NCBI GenBank assembly: GCA_964576595.1
Contig: CAZNVW010000001.1
Span: 1-50,265, forward strand
Direction of reading: 5' to 3'
DNA length: 50,265 bases
Origin: an uncultured Verrucomicrobiales bacterium
GTDB lineage: Bacteria; Verrucomicrobiota; Verrucomicrobiia; Verrucomicrobiales; Akkermansiaceae
Part shown: positions 1 to 9,736 of the stretch, piece after piece
Position numbering within the stretch: the first letter of the stretch is position 1
How the letters are laid out: the number at the start of each line of letters is the position of its first letter
Notes under the pieces: generated by a model
What the model saw: only the letters and a program-made list of their open reading frames with translations
What the model was told of the DNA's origin: nothing
Database searches by the model: none
Translations under genes and position numbers: made by a program

Positions 1-1773
1 AAGGAGCTGGATGTTTCTCTGGTGGCGATTGACGAGGCTCACTGTCTAAGCCAGTGGGGGCATGATTTCAGGCCCGATTATTTGAAGCTGGGTAAAATGC
101 TCGACGAGATCGGCCGCCCGCAGACGGTCGCCCTGACGGCTACCGCGACGCCCAAGGTTCGCGAAGATATTCTCCAGCATCTGCATCTTGACGATCCCGA
201 TGTGACGATACGGGGCTTCTCCCGCGACAATCTCCATTTCCGCATTACTCACTGCGACAAGCAGCGGGACAAGTACCGCCGTATTACGCAGCTTGTCTCC
301 GCCCACAAGACGGGGATTATTTACTGCTCGACCCGCAAGCATGTCGAGAGCGTTTATGAGGAGCTCAGGCAGACCGGAGCCAGGGTCACCGCCTACCATG
401 CGGGCATGAGCGACGCAGAGCGGGAGGCCGCACAGAATCGTTTCATGACCAGAGAGGCCGATGTGGTCGTCGCAACCAATGCGTTCGGCATGGGGATAGA
501 CCGCGGAGATGTGCGCTTTGTCATTCATTTCGAGATTCCCGGCAGTGTCGAGGCCTATTATCAGGAGGCCGGCCGTGCCGGGCGCGATGGCGAAGAGGCG
601 TGGTGCGAGCTCCTTTTCAATCACGCCGATCTCAGGACACAGGAGTTTTTCATAGACGGTACCAACCCCGGCGCTTCTTTTGTCGTTGATTTATACGAGA
701 TGCTGCGGCACTCGGCTGATGAAGAGACGCATGAGCTGAGCTGGACGATGCAGGAGATGGCGGAGAGGATGGGGCGCAAGAACGAGATGGCCATAGGCTC
801 CGCGCTGGTGATCCTGATGAAGAATAACTGCATAGAGCGGTTTGACATTCCGGGTAAACGGGCCAGGGGTACGCGCATTATTTCTCCGTCCCTGACCGGG
901 CTGACTATTCCGCTGGATGAGGAGGCCATGAAAAGCAAGGAGCAGAGAGACCGGGAAAAGCTCTCCCAGATTACTCGCTACGCCTACTCTACGGGGTGCC
1001 GCCAGATGTGGATTTTGAATTATTTCGGCGAGCAGAATTCCCGCCCCTGTGAAAAGTGCGATGTCTGCGAGGCCCGGGGAGGCGATCTGCCCGAGCCGCT
1101 GGGCGAAGAGGAGAGCCTGATTGTCAGGAAGGCTCTCAGCGGTATAGCCCGCGCGTCACGGCGGCTTCCCGACGGCTCCTGGGAGGGGATTTTCGGCCGC
1201 ACCAAGATTATTGCCATGCTCCGGGGGGCAAAGACCAAGGAGGTCATGAATACTTCTCTGTGCCGTCTTAAAACGTACGGTATTCTCAAGGATTTGAGCG
1301 AAGATATGGTCTCGCGCCTTTTCCGGGAGATGCAAAATGCCGGGCTGACTCAAACCGGCGGCGGGGAGTATCCCCTGCTGACGATCAGTTCCGCGGGTTA
1401 CGACGTAATGATGGGCCATGCAGAGGCTCTGATGGTCTGGCCCCTGAAAGGCGGGAAAGGCGGCGGCAGGACTCCCGCGCTGCAGAGGAAGGCTGCCCGG
1501 CATGCTCCGGACGGAGAGTTGACGCTGGGAGCGTTTGGCCATTTCGACGAGAATTTGTTCCAGGCGTTAAAGGATTTGAGGCGGGAAATGGCCGAGGAGG
1601 AAAAGCTCCCTCCCTTTTTCATTTTTTCCAATGCCGTTCTGGAGGCGTTTGCCCGTTTACGCCCGACGACGAGGGAGCGGGCGGAGGCCATTCATGGGGT
1701 CGGCCCCGCCAAGGCAAAAAAATACCTGACTCCTTTTCTGGATCTCATTGTGGAGTACGAGATGGGAGAGTAA
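1..1773 (+). CDS. recQ: ATP-dependent DNA helicase RecQ (5' end cut by window edge)
   Basis: Frame 1 is open from nt 1. DEAH box (AIDEAHCLSQWGHDFRPDY), helicase C motifs (TNAFGMGIDRGDVRFVIH, YYQEAGRAGRDG), Cys cluster (CRQ...CEKCDVC) and a C-terminal HRDC-like segment. Confidence 0.93.
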   Translation, partial: KELDVSLVAIDEAHCLSQWGHDFRPDYLKLGKMLDEIGRPQTVALTATATPKVREDILQHLHLDDPDVTIRGFSRDNLHFRITHCDKQRDKYRRITQLVSAHKTGIIYCSTRKHVESVYEELRQTGARVTAYHAGMSDAEREAAQNRFMTREADVVVATNAFGMGIDRGDVRFVIHFEIPGSVEAYYQEAGRAGRDGEEAWCELLFNHADLRTQEFFIDGTNPGASFVVDLYEMLRHSADEETHELSWTMQEMAERMGRKNEMAIGSALVILMKNNCIERFDIPGKRARGTRIISPSLTGLTIPLDEEAMKSKEQRDREKLSQITRYAYSTGCRQMWILNYFGEQNSRPCEKCDVCEARGGDLPEPLGEEESLIVRKALSGIARASRRLPDGSWEGIFGRTKIIAMLRGAKTKEVMNTSLCRLKTYGILKDLSEDMVSRLFREMQNAGLTQTGGGEYPLLTISSAGYDVMMGHAEALMVWPLKGGKGGGRTPALQRKAARHAPDGELTLGAFGHFDENLFQALKDLRREMAEEEKLPPFFIFSNAVLEAFARLRPTTRERAEAIHGVGPAKAKKYLTPFLDLIVEYEMGE

Positions 1774-1817
1774 AGACGCTCCGGCTCGTGTTCCGCCCAA
1801 AAGAAGGCCGGGCTGCC

Positions 1818-2747
1818 TCACAGCCCCCCCACGATCCCCTTGCAGACGGCCCCGATAAGGGAGGAGAAGAGTTCGCTCTGCATGCGAAATTCTCTCATAT
1901 ACGCCATCAAGCCTACAGAGCCGCTCAAAATCAGCGCGCCTATGACAAAGAGTAAATTGAGAAGGAAGATAAGCGTCAGGGAAAAAAACGTCCCGTTTTC
2001 ATTTAGGTCGGGCTGGTCTTTGGGGATGATCCAGACGGTCCAGTAAAAATGGAAGGCCCACCAGAACCCGAGCCCGCCAAATACGAGGGGGGCAATGGTA
2101 TCCCACGGCTGTATCAGGGATGTGAGCGTCGCCAGGAGCAGCCAGACAACCAGCCAGATCGGAAAGAAATAGGGGGCCAGCGCGATGACGAAGTTGTTCT
2201 TGTCGGTGATGACGTATCCTCCCTCGAGCGTCACTTTCAGGGTGGCGACGGAGCCGCCGCTGAGTACTGTCGCCAGGGCGTGAGACAGCTCATGGCCGAG
2301 TACATAGAGGTATAAAAAGGTGGCGCGGCATATTCCTCCCCAGCACAGGATGGACCAGACCGCTACGCCCATCAGGGAATACCATACCGGCACAGAGAGC
2401 CAGACATCGAGTGTCGGCGCAGACTCGGCCAGAGTCATGACCAGAGAGCTGAGGGCGACTCCCCCCAATGGTAAAATCAAAATCAGGGCGACAATACGGC
2501 GGAACCATTTCTGGAATCCGGCAAGCTGGTCATCCTGCCGGGGCTGGGCCTGGTCGTGACTGTCCAGCATCGGCATTCCCTCCGCCGTCGTCGCCACATC
2601 CACATGTTTGGAGTAGGACAAGGCCCGCCTGTTGCAGTCGTTCAGGACGTCGTTCAACCGAGGGCCCTTTCTGCGCACGGCACCGCGCCCTGCGGCGAGA
2701 GAGCCGGGGGAGCGACTGGGCCGGGGTTCCATTCGAGGCGTCCTCAT
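1818..2747 (-). CDS. Polytopic membrane protein with HExxH motif (M50B-like putative metallopeptidase)
   Basis: Several hydrophobic segments and the motif LGHELSHALATVLSGG. The start is uncertain: ATG at 2747, 2732 or 2576, or TTG at 2783. Third codon positions upstream of 2576 stay G/C-rich, so I favour an upstream ATG. Confidence 0.6.
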   Translation of the reverse strand: MRTPRMEPRPSRSPGSLAAGRGAVRRKGPRLNDVLNDCNRRALSYSKHVDVATTAEGMPMLDSHDQAQPRQDDQLAGFQKWFRRIVALILILPLGGVALSSLVMTLAESAPTLDVWLSVPVWYSLMGVAVWSILCWGGICRATFLYLYVLGHELSHALATVLSGGSVATLKVTLEGGYVITDKNNFVIALAPYFFPIWLVVWLLLATLTSLIQPWDTIAPLVFGGLGFWWAFHFYWTVWIIPKDQPDLNENGTFFSLTLIFLLNLLFVIGALILSGSVGLMAYMREFRMQSELFSSLIGAVCKGIVGGL

Positions 2748-2892
2748 TGATTCAACTGGTGAGCTGGAGCTTGTCCTTGCCAAAAGGACTGTTTTGATGT
2801 TTCCTGATTCACACGGACTCTTGAGGGACCGCCGGCCCCAAAGCTAGCGATTAACGCCCCTTTTTTCAAGCCCAAAACGGAAAAGCCCCCAC

Positions 2893-3594
2893 ATGTCACC
2901 TCTCTGTTCTTCCCAAGGCATTCTGTCTATTGAAACTTCCTGCGCCGATGCTTCGCTGAGTTTGATGATCGGGGGAGAGGAGTGCTTTTCTTCACGCTGG
3001 ACGGCTCTCAGGAGCCATAATTCGCGTATTTTTGACGCGCTTGCCGAGGTCAAGCCGTTTCTGGACAACGCCCCGCCCTCCTTGATACTGGTGGGAGCGG
3101 GGCCCGGCAGTTATTCGGGAATAAGGGTGGCGCTCGCCGCCGCAGACGGGCTGAGTCTTGTGTACGACGCCCCCGTCGTTGCTCTCTGCTCGTGGGAGGC
3201 TCTGCCTCATCATAAAGGAGACGCCCTGATTATTTCCGACGCGAGACGCGGAGGGTGGGCCGTTTCTCGTCTGAATGCCGGGAAATGGGACGGCAATTTG
3301 AAGATTTTGACCGCCGAGTCCGCCCGGGAAGAGATAGACCGGGCTCTTGCAAACAATATCCCCGTCCTCTCGTGCGAACCCGGGGACAAGCTTGCCGCCC
3401 AGGGCTGGACGCAGGTACGGGCCGGGCTCGCTCCCGAGGCGGTCGCCCTGGTCCGTTCCTGGCTGGATAAAACGCCGGAAGAGCAGGCTTTCCTCAAAAC
3501 CGGAGTCCCGTCCCCCCTTTATGTCAGGGAGCCCCATATCACCCCGGCAAAAAAGGCGGCCTGGGAGAAGGCGTCAGCCCACTCTTCAAATTAA
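2893..3594 (+). CDS. tsaB: tRNA threonylcarbamoyladenosine biosynthesis protein TsaB (YeaZ family)
   Basis: ILSIETSC... start and the LILVGAGPGSYSGIRVALAAADGLS motif, both typical of TsaB/YeaZ. Confidence 0.8.
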   Translation: MSPLCSSQGILSIETSCADASLSLMIGGEECFSSRWTALRSHNSRIFDALAEVKPFLDNAPPSLILVGAGPGSYSGIRVALAAADGLSLVYDAPVVALCSWEALPHHKGDALIISDARRGGWAVSRLNAGKWDGNLKILTAESAREEIDRALANNIPVLSCEPGDKLAAQGWTQVRAGLAPEAVALVRSWLDKTPEEQAFLKTGVPSPLYVREPHITPAKKAAWEKASAHSSN

Positions 3595-3727
3595 CCCTTG
3601 AAATGAGAGGCGCAATGATTCACTATCCGCCCGCAAAGCGACCCTTCGGGAAAACGGCGAGAGTTTCCTGAAAAAACGGGCTCAGCCGCCTTCGCAACAG
3701 TCCTATCCCCCCTCGTTTCCCCTACTC

Positions 3728-4879
3728 ATGAGTGAAGAAAAAGCCCCCCTCCCTTCTTATTCCCGCGGTTTGGCGGGAGTCATCGCGAACGAATCGGCCC
3801 TGAGCGACGTACGCGGAGAAGAGGGCAAACTTTTCTATCTGGGCTATGGTATTGACGACCTCGTCAATCTGTGCACCTACGAAGAAGTCTGTTATCTGCT
3901 ACTTAATAAAAAGCTCCCCAACAGAACCCAGCTTGCCGAGTTTTCCGCTCTGCTCCATTCCAGACGCGAGCTGCCCCAGTCCGTTATCGACTGGATCAAG
4001 ACCTGCCCCAAGGATGCCGCGCCCATGGACATTCTGCGTACCGGAGTTTCCATGCTCGGCATCTACGACAGTACGGCCCGCAGCAGTGAACGTACGGAAG
4101 AGGTCAACCGCGAAATCGCCATTTCCCTGATTGCCCGCGTGCCCGTTATCGTGGCCTATTTCCATGCCATGCGCCGCGGCCGCGCGCTCCTGCCTGTCCG
4201 CACAGATCTGAGCGAAGCCGCCCACTTTCTTTATCTGCTCAAGGGCAAGGAGCCGAGCAAGGCCATGGAGGAGACGCTCAACTGCGCCTACATTCTCCAT
4301 GCCGACCACGGTATGAACGCCTCCACTTTCGCCGCCCGCGTCTGCGTCGCGACGCTGAGTGACATGTACAGCGGCATCACGACCGCCGTCGGCACCCTGA
4401 AGGGAGCCCTGCACGGCGGCGCGAACGAAGGCGTCATCAAAATGCTCAAGGAGATCGGCGATGAAGGCAACGTGGACGCCTACGTTCATGAGAAACTGGC
4501 CCGCAAGGAAAAGATCATGGGGATAGGTCACCGCGTATATCGTACTCTTGACCCCCGCGCCCCCCATCTCCGCCGCATGGCCATCAAGCTCACCGAGGAG
4601 CTCGGCGAGCCCAAGTGGATTTTAATGTCCGAGCGCATCGCACAGATCATGTACGAGGAGAAGCATCTCCAGGCGAATGTGGACTTCTACTCCGCGACGG
4701 TTTATTACAGCATGGGCATCCCCAGCGACCTCTTCACTCCCATTTTCGCCATCGCCCGTACTTCCGGCTGGGCGGCCCAAATGCTTGAGCAGCTGGCAGA
4801 CAACCGCCTCTACCGCCCCCTCACCCTCTATACCGGCCCGAACGGCTACGTCCCTGTCCTGCCGATCGACATGCGCTGA
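3728..4879 (+). CDS. gltA: Citrate synthase (short, about 380 aa type)
   Basis: Citrate synthase signatures LHADHGMNASTFAARV, GALHGGANEGV and GIGHRVYRTLDPRA. Confidence 0.93.
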   Translation: MSEEKAPLPSYSRGLAGVIANESALSDVRGEEGKLFYLGYGIDDLVNLCTYEEVCYLLLNKKLPNRTQLAEFSALLHSRRELPQSVIDWIKTCPKDAAPMDILRTGVSMLGIYDSTARSSERTEEVNREIAISLIARVPVIVAYFHAMRRGRALLPVRTDLSEAAHFLYLLKGKEPSKAMEETLNCAYILHADHGMNASTFAARVCVATLSDMYSGITTAVGTLKGALHGGANEGVIKMLKEIGDEGNVDAYVHEKLARKEKIMGIGHRVYRTLDPRAPHLRRMAIKLTEELGEPKWILMSERIAQIMYEEKHLQANVDFYSATVYYSMGIPSDLFTPIFAIARTSGWAAQMLEQLADNRLYRPLTLYTGPNGYVPVLPIDMR

Positions 4880-4906
4880 CGCCGGGCTTTCAACCGTTTT
4901 TTTCAT

Positions 4907-4937
4907 GGGGAGGGCTTCACCGAGGTCCTCCCCATTT
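4907..4937 (+). terminator. Possible hairpin terminator after citrate synthase (weak U-tract)
   Basis: ggggagggcttc-acc-gaggtcctcccc forms a 12-bp stem with 2 G-U pairs. It is followed only by atttccc. Confidence 0.35.
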
Positions 4938-5094
4938 CCCAACATAGATAGTTAAGAAAATTTAAGAAAACGCTTCTTAATATTTGACCTATTATCGTCC
5001 CGGCTCTAAAATTATCGCCACTCCCGCGGCAACTCGCATTTTACAACAGGTATCCGCCCCCCCTTTCCCCCTAAATATTCTTTTTCAAAAAACC

Positions 5095-6030
5095 ATGAAA
5101 ATTGCCATTCTTGGAGCTGGCGCCATTGGCTGCTACTATGGATCTCGTCTGGCTCTTGCCGGAAACGATGTTTCCTTCATAATGCGGAGCGAGCGCGATT
5201 ATGTCGCACAGCATGGCCTCACTATCGAAAGCATTCTCGGCGACATGCGGCTGGAAAAAGTAAATGTCCCCTCTTCCTCCGAAGAGGTCGGCCCGGTCGA
5301 TCTTGTCGTCATCACCTGGAAGACTACTTCCAACGTCAACCTCAGCAAGAGTCTGCCCCCGCTCCTCGGCCCCGATACCAAAGTCCTGACACTGGAAAAC
5401 GGCATGGGCAATGCGGAAGAAATCGCCAAGGTCGTCCCCCAGGATAAAATTTTTTGCGGAGTCTGCTTCATCAGCGCCTTCCGTACCGGCCCCGGCCATG
5501 TCAAGCACATGGCGAATGGAGCCATCTCCATGACTCCCGCCTTTTCCGATCCCGCGCTCATTCCGGCGACGGAAGAGATCGCGGCTGTTTTCAAGGCGGC
5601 CGGCATCCCCGCCCGGGTTTATCCCAATGCGGAGTGCGTCATGTGGAACAAGGTTATCTGGAACGTTCCCTTCAACGGTCTCAGCATTATCAATGACGGC
5701 GCCGACGTGCTGGAGATCCTCAATGCGCCCGGCGGTGAAGATCACGTCCGCCGCATCATGCAGGAGGTCGTCAACGCCGCTCACGCCCGCGGCCATGATC
5801 TCCGTCCGGACATTATCGAAAAGCAGATCGAAGTCACTTACGCCATGGGGCACTACCGCCCCTCCAGCGGCATCGACTTCATGGCCAATCGTCCTGTCGA
5901 ATTCGAGTCCATCTGGAAAACCCCGTTCGAACTGGCCAAAAACGCCGGAGCCGACCTGCCCGAATGGGAAAAGCTGAACGCCCAACTGGCCGCCAAGCTG
6001 GCGGAAAGAGACGCCCGGAACCGGGCCTGA
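5095..6030 (+). CDS. panE: 2-dehydropantoate 2-reductase (ketopantoate reductase, ApbA/PanE family)
   Basis: Starts MKIAILGAGAIGCYYGSRLALAGNDV (Rossmann GxGxxG). Length and the C-terminal ApbA-like region fit. The ATG at 5095 is preferred over the TTG-extended ORF from 4984. Confidence 0.85.
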   Translation: MKIAILGAGAIGCYYGSRLALAGNDVSFIMRSERDYVAQHGLTIESILGDMRLEKVNVPSSSEEVGPVDLVVITWKTTSNVNLSKSLPPLLGPDTKVLTLENGMGNAEEIAKVVPQDKIFCGVCFISAFRTGPGHVKHMANGAISMTPAFSDPALIPATEEIAAVFKAAGIPARVYPNAECVMWNKVIWNVPFNGLSIINDGADVLEILNAPGGEDHVRRIMQEVVNAAHARGHDLRPDIIEKQIEVTYAMGHYRPSSGIDFMANRPVEFESIWKTPFELAKNAGADLPEWEKLNAQLAAKLAERDARNRA

Positions 6031-6062
6031 GCGGCCGTAGCCCGTGGCATCCCCGCCTGTCG

Positions 6063-6995
6063 ATGATTCGATCCCTGATCGTCGCCTGTCTTGTCCTTCT
6101 CCTGGGAGGCGTGTTCCTGCGCCCCCTTGCTGAGGATATACAAGACAGGGAGCGGCAGATGGGGCTTCTTCCCCCGGTGCTGGCCCTCGGCGACGAATCA
6201 GGCCCCAGGCTGGAGCAGCAGCTTTCTTTCGTCGCTCTGGGAGGGTTGCGCTCTCTTGTGGCGGCGTTTCTCTCCCTCAATGCGTACGAGCATTTTTCCA
6301 ACCGCAACTGGCCGGCTCTGGAAAACCGCTATCGGCAGATTACCGCTCTGGCCCCGCAGAACAATTACTATTGGGACAACGGCGGCTGGCACCTTACCTA
6401 CAACGCCTCCAGCGACTCGCTGGAAGATACGAGTCTCCGGGATACGGAGCGTAAAATCCGCTTCAAGTCCTATATTAAAAAGGGGCGCGATTTTCTCCGG
6501 GAGGGGACCAAAAACAACCCCGGCGACTGGCTTCTGCACTCCCGCCTGGCCGACGCCCTGGCCGACAACAACCGCTTGCCGGACCACGAAGCCGCCATTC
6601 TGGAATACAGAAAAGCTCGCGAACTCGGCGGCCCCCTGAGCATGGAGCGGGCCGAGCTCTACTCCATGGCCTCCCTGCCTGCCCGGGAAAAAGACGCCTA
6701 CGATCTCGCGGTCAAGCTCTTCCAAAGCGCGCCGGAGAACAAGGTTCCCTCGATAGAATGCCTGATTTTCGCTCTGCAGAAGAAGCTGGATATTCCCCTC
6801 AAGGACAAGATCCCTCCCGACAAAATATTCTTCTCACCCAAAAGTGCGGCCTGGTCTCTGAAAAATTATTACAGGAGGCCAAACAACTTCCCCAAAAAAG
6901 GCATCCAAGAGGCGCTTGAAGTTCTCAAACCCTATCAAGACACAAAATCATGGGCCGATGTCCCCAATTCCGACTTGGAAGCTCTCCAACTTTGA
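6063..6995 (+). CDS. Hypothetical protein with N-terminal TM/signal segment, helical-repeat (TPR-like) character
   Basis: ATG at 6063 gives MIRSLIVACLVLLLGGVFL. The upstream part of the listed ORF overlaps the panE end and is Arg/Gly-rich. I recognise no family motif. Confidence 0.5.
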   Translation: MIRSLIVACLVLLLGGVFLRPLAEDIQDRERQMGLLPPVLALGDESGPRLEQQLSFVALGGLRSLVAAFLSLNAYEHFSNRNWPALENRYRQITALAPQNNYYWDNGGWHLTYNASSDSLEDTSLRDTERKIRFKSYIKKGRDFLREGTKNNPGDWLLHSRLADALADNNRLPDHEAAILEYRKARELGGPLSMERAELYSMASLPAREKDAYDLAVKLFQSAPENKVPSIECLIFALQKKLDIPLKDKIPPDKIFFSPKSAAWSLKNYYRRPNNFPKKGIQEALEVLKPYQDTKSWADVPNSDLEALQL

Positions 6996-7001
6996 GCTAG
7001 T

Positions 7002-7769
7002 ATGTCCCTCATCAGTCGATCCATGAAAAAAATCGCCATATTCGGAGACATACACGCCAATCTGGAGGCCCTGCACGCAGTGCTCGAGGACGCAGGGCGG
7101 CAGGGGTGTGAAAGCAATTACGCCTGTCTCGGCGATATTGTCGGCTATAATGCCAACCCGGCAGAGTGTCTGGAACTCGTCCGCAGTCTCGACTGCCCCA
7201 CCGTCAAGGGCAATCACGATTACGAGTCCATCAGCAAGAAGGATCTTCTCGGCATGAATCCCATCGCGACCATGGCTCTCAGCTGGACGCGCGAACAGCT
7301 CAACGAGGATCAAAAGACCTGGCTCCGCCGCCTGCCCTACGTCAAGGAGAACATCGCCTCTCTGGACAATATGACGATCGTTCACGCCACCATGGACAAT
7401 CCGATGAAGTGGGAGTACATCCTGAACGCTTCCGATTCCAGTTTCAGCTTCCAGAAGCAGGCGACTCAGCTTTGTTTTCATGGGCATACGCATGTCCCCA
7501 AATTTTTTGTCAAGTACCCGTCCGGCAAAATCTCCGACATCCCCGCGGATGAGATCATCATGGAGCCGGGCATACAATACTTCATCAATCCGGGCAGCGT
7601 CGGCCAGCCCCGCGATGGAGACTGGCGGGCCAGTTACGCCATTTATACCCCAGAGCAAAACCTGATCCAGCTCCGCAGGGTGGAGTATGATGTAGCGACG
7701 ACACAACTCAAAATCCGCGAGGCAGGACTCCCGGAAAGGCTGGCGGATCGTCTCGGCTTCGGCCGCTGA
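7002..7769 (+). CDS. Metallophosphoesterase (YfcE/MJ0936-like)
   Basis: Calcineurin-like phosphoesterase motifs IAIFGDIHAN, CLGDIVGY, GNHD and FHGHTH. An alternative start is at 7023. Confidence 0.85.
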   Translation: MSLISRSMKKIAIFGDIHANLEALHAVLEDAGRQGCESNYACLGDIVGYNANPAECLELVRSLDCPTVKGNHDYESISKKDLLGMNPIATMALSWTREQLNEDQKTWLRRLPYVKENIASLDNMTIVHATMDNPMKWEYILNASDSSFSFQKQATQLCFHGHTHVPKFFVKYPSGKISDIPADEIIMEPGIQYFINPGSVGQPRDGDWRASYAIYTPEQNLIQLRRVEYDVATTQLKIREAGLPERLADRLGFGR

Positions 7770-7795
7770 CCCGCTCAAGCCGCCCTTTCGTTGTC

Positions 7796-9700
7796 ATGGC
7801 GCGTATTCCCGAAGATACTATTCGCAAAATTCTGGAGGCTACGGATATCGTCGCGCTCATTGGCTCGTATATTCCGCTTAAAAAAGCCGGTACTATTTAC
7901 AAGGGGTGCTGCCCCTTTCATAACGAAAAAACGCCGTCATTCACCGTCAGCGCAAGCCGCCAGTCCTTCAAATGTTTCGGTTGCGGCGAAGGGGGAAGCG
8001 CAATCGGCTTCGTCATGAAGTACGAGAATCTCTCTTTTGGAGATACCGTGCGCAAACTGGCTGACAAGGCCGCCATCTTCGTCGAGGAGGAGGCCTATGA
8101 TCCCCGCGCGGACCGGGAGCGGAAACGCCGCCTCCGGCTGATTGATTTGCACAAGGCCGCCGCCGAGTGGTACCACAGGCAGCTCATGACCGCCGCGGCC
8201 GCCTGTCATGCCCGCGATTATCTGAAAGGGCGGGGGTACGGCTCCGACATGGCAAAAAACTGGCAGGTGGGCTGGGCGCCCGGCGACTCGGCCGCTTTCC
8301 TCGCATGGGCAAAGGGCAAGGGGTTCACCGGGAGGGAGCTGCTTGACTCGGGACTGTGTTTCCTGAAACAGGAAAACAACCCCCGCTCGGGATTGATGTG
8401 CCGTTTCCGGGACAGGCTGATGTTTCCCATCTCCAACGATTACGGCGAAATAGTCGCCTTTTCCGGGCGTATTCTGGAGGCGAAGGCCAACACCGGGAAA
8501 TATATCAACTCGCCGGAAACGGCCCTTTTCCGCAAGGGCAATGTCGTCTTTGCCCTCAATCGCGCCCGGAGGGGCATTGCCAAGCAGCAAACCGCCCTGA
8601 TCTGCGAAGGCCAGCTTGATGTAATCGCCTGTCACGAGGCTGGGGTCGTCCATGCCGTCGCCCCTCTTGGTACCGCATTTACCAGCAGCCACGCCCGGCT
8701 CATGCGCCGCTACACGACCAGGGTCACGCTCTGCTTCGACGGCGACAGCGCGGGGATGAAGGCGGCGGACAGAGCCTTTCGCGAGCTTGCGCCGGAGGGG
8801 TTGTACATAGATCTGGCCTCTTTGCCTGCAGGCGATGACCCCGACTCGTTTTTAAAACGGGAGGGCGCGGAAGGGTTCCGCCAGTTTCTGGCCGGAGCCA
8901 GGCCTTTTTTCGAAGCCCGCCTGCAGAGGGCCCAGGCCGAGGGAGTCCTTTCCGATCCCTCCCGCCGTTCCGAATTTATCGGAGATCTCTCCGCCCTGAT
9001 CGCCCTGATCCCGGACAAGGTTTATCAGGATGGCGTTATTACAGATGTCGCCACGCTATTGAGAATAGGCCTCCCCGATCTTCGCAAGGAAGTAAAGAAC
9101 GCCGCCGGAAGTATCGCCGAGCAAAAAAAGCGGGAATCCGAGCGCAGCGTCTCCTTCGCCCGGGCAAGCCGGGAAAACCCCGCACCTTACGACGATGCTT
9201 CCTACACGGGAGAAGAACCGTCCGAAACATGGCAGCAGGACACATCCGCCCCCCTCCCCCTCCCCCCTCCCCGCCTGATTGCCCTCGACCGCCCCGTTTA
9301 CCAGCTCTGCGAGCTGTGCCTGCAATTCTCCAGTATCCAGCACATTCTTCTGCAAAGGATTGAAGATATTGTGGAGCCTCTGGAGCATCTCCGGGGCGGC
9401 CACCTACTAAGGAGGATACTCTCCTCCCAGCCCAACCCCGACAACCCGTCCGAGATCCAGGCGTTTCTGGAGTCCCTCCCTCCCTCCGAAGCCTTCACCC
9501 TGCGCCGGATGGAGTGCAGCAATCCCCAGCCAAATGATCCGGAGGCAATCGTTCTGGAGCTTATTTCCGCGCTCTCCCAGCTCTCCCTGCAAAAGCAGAG
9601 GGATTCGGTGATCGCCTCCCTGATGAAGCCGGATCTTTCCGCCGAAGAAAAGCAACGTCTCCTTGACAGGTTGAAGGCGCTGGGGGAATTACTGCCGTGA
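7796..9700 (+). CDS. dnaG: DNA primase DnaG
   Basis: CHC2 zinc finger (CCPFHNEKTPSFTV...FKCFGCGEGG), TOPRIM region (LICEGQLDVI, CFDGDSAG) and a long C-terminal helical domain. Confidence 0.93.
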   Translation: MARIPEDTIRKILEATDIVALIGSYIPLKKAGTIYKGCCPFHNEKTPSFTVSASRQSFKCFGCGEGGSAIGFVMKYENLSFGDTVRKLADKAAIFVEEEAYDPRADRERKRRLRLIDLHKAAAEWYHRQLMTAAAACHARDYLKGRGYGSDMAKNWQVGWAPGDSAAFLAWAKGKGFTGRELLDSGLCFLKQENNPRSGLMCRFRDRLMFPISNDYGEIVAFSGRILEAKANTGKYINSPETALFRKGNVVFALNRARRGIAKQQTALICEGQLDVIACHEAGVVHAVAPLGTAFTSSHARLMRRYTTRVTLCFDGDSAGMKAADRAFRELAPEGLYIDLASLPAGDDPDSFLKREGAEGFRQFLAGARPFFEARLQRAQAEGVLSDPSRRSEFIGDLSALIALIPDKVYQDGVITDVATLLRIGLPDLRKEVKNAAGSIAEQKKRESERSVSFARASRENPAPYDDASYTGEEPSETWQQDTSAPLPLPPPRLIALDRPVYQLCELCLQFSSIQHILLQRIEDIVEPLEHLRGGHLLRRILSSQPNPDNPSEIQAFLESLPPSEAFTLRRMECSNPQPNDPEAIVLELISALSQLSLQKQRDSVIASLMKPDLSAEEKQRLLDRLKALGELLP

Positions 9701-9736
9701 TTTCCCCGTTCGCGAATCTTCTTTTTTCCGGGCGGG

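Noticed and set aside
4984-5094. An N-terminal extension of the panE ORF (TTG start, MTYYRPGSKIIATPAATR...). Similar extended ORF starts occur for hisS (12994), parA (16163), fabG (26833), the 6063 gene (5964) and the radical SAM gene (29974).
   Set aside because: The canonical family N-termini begin at internal ATG or GTG codons (MKIAILGAG, MPDARFQPLTGFRDF, MKVVAIANQKGGVGKT, MFTGKVAVVTGAG). The extensions overlap upstream genes or terminators, or lose the third-position G/C bias.
9701-9736. A possible terminator between the convergent dnaG and glycosidase genes, containing the palindrome TTCGCGAA and a T6 run.
   Set aside because: The complementary arms are short and imperfect, and the T-run precedes rather than follows any convincing stem on either strand.
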